In this document: piece after piece, positions 62,889 to 64,000 of the stretch
Position numbering within the stretch: the first letter of the stretch is position 1
How the letters are laid out: each line of letters opens with the position of its first letter
Assembly (NCBI RefSeq): GCF_006345805.1
Contig: NC_043005.1
Coordinates: forward strand, 30,690,001-30,754,000
Direction of reading: 5' to 3'
Source: Octopus sinensis
Lineage: Eukaryota
DNA: 64,000 nt
Made by a program: the position numbers and the translations under genes
Notes under the pieces: generated by a model
What the model was told of the DNA's origin: nothing
The model's input: the letters and a program-made list of their open reading frames with translations, nothing else
Databases searched by the model: none

Positions 62889-62987
62889 GCCTCTGAAGAA
62901 ATTACACTAATGTCACATAAATGTAAAAATTTAATGTACAAATTTGTAATTAAATTATTGAGTATTAATTGAAACAGCTGTAAGAAG
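62889..62987 (+). ncRNA. hammerhead-like motif with an approximately 71-nt stem II domain
   Basis: CTGAAGA-AATTA...TAATT-GAAA-CAGCTG-TA-AGAAG; stem I weak. Confidence 0.5.
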
Positions 62988-63559
62988 TGAAGATGACCAA
63001 TTTGTTGTTGATAATAAACAATTATCAACTTCCTAATCTTCATTTTCTTTTCTTCTTTTATATATGTATATGTGTGTGTGTATGTGTGTATTTGTGTATA
63101 TACATACATAGATACATACAAATTGAGAGACTGGTAAAACAGTGTAGGGGATGTGCTATGACAGCAAAGACGCCCCCCAGACGATGAAGTAGACTAGCCC
63201 AATACGTAGATATAGAGGGAGAAGCCTAGACGTCAAGAGAGCAGAGAGGAGTTGAGTAGAGGTCATCCGAACATGCGACATAACATAGACATACTCTGAA
63301 TGTAATTCTATATAAATCTTTAATATTTTTTTTTATACTTAAGACCATCAGAAATGTTAAGATATCATCCTCTACCCACGTTGTCATGCTTTGATTAAAA
63401 GGCATAGATTAGATTAATTAGATAAGTTTCGGCCGAAGTTGACTCAAGTCATGTCTAATTTAATAGCACCACCTGGAATAGATACACAGTCAGCTCTGGT
63501 AAACTGTAGCCCATTCAAGCAGAGGGTTATTGTTTTCAGAGACATATCTGGGTGTGGGT

Positions 63560-63930
63560 GGTTTATCTGGTATTTATTGGGTGTAATCATCTAGGGTTCA
63601 TTTGAATGCCATGAAGTCACTTTCCTCCTTTAAGTGTGTCTGACACAATGTTGAAGAGAGCAGGGCCAATTGAGGTGAAATAGTTCTGTCATAGTGTTGT
63701 GATACGACACAAGCATTTCTGTAGTGGACAGATGGCACGGGGGCCAAACCTCGGAGGAATTTTAAAGATGGGCAATGTTGATGGAATATTTTCCACATCA
63801 TACAGATGATATAGAGCTCACAGCAGTGGTGGAGGGAGCAAAGCCTGAGCTTTTTGAGTCGATCCCAATAGTCAAGGCTTGTCATGTCATCCACTGCAGA
63901 CCTCCACCAAGCGGTACATTTTAAGACAGA
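63560..63930 (-). mobile_element. CR1/L2-like LINE 3' fragment
   Basis: MTSLDYWDRLKKLRLCSLHHCCELYIICMMWKI. Confidence 0.75.
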
Positions 63931-64000
63931 TACGCGAGTAAAATTACTGTCACCATTTCACTTGTTTGCAAAAAAACTGTGAAGCTGAAAGAACACCTAA

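Noticed and set aside
63143-63490. Possible solo LTR starting TGTAGGGG
   Set aside because: No matching CA end with a target duplication could be found.
1-64000. CRISPR arrays, rRNA genes, prokaryotic operons
   Set aside because: None seen; the periodic sequences are microsatellites or transposon subrepeats without unique spacers.

Overview
AT-rich eukaryotic DNA dominated by repeats. The SINE families and dense microsatellites point to a cephalopod of the genus Octopus (inference, no database search run). No long ORF or recognisable host gene is present. Most ORFs in the supplied track come from microsatellites, and the real ones are decayed transposon fragments. These include several tRNA-derived SINE families, RTE, CR1-like, R4/Dong-like and CRE-like non-LTR retrotransposons, Penelope-like elements (PLEs, GIY-YIG), mariner and pogo/Tigger remnants, a piggyBac-type MITE with TTAA target duplication, Helitrons and one solo LTR. 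Three patterns stand out. (1) About a dozen type-I hammerhead-ribozyme (HHR) motifs, from intact to dead, mostly in PLE terminal-repeat fragments next to (TA)n; some have a non-canonical A.R junction at stem II or very long stem II inserts. (2) A tRNA-headed, HHR-tailed SINE-like unit with a PLE-style inverted 5' copy at 39.9-40.3 kb. (3) Repeated local fold-back inversions affecting unrelated element classes. A repeat-poor, CpG-rich segment at about 13.6-15.4 kb carries outward-facing splice donors and may be a bidirectional promoter. A few small candidate exons are listed at low confidence. All alignments, translations and folds were done by eye.
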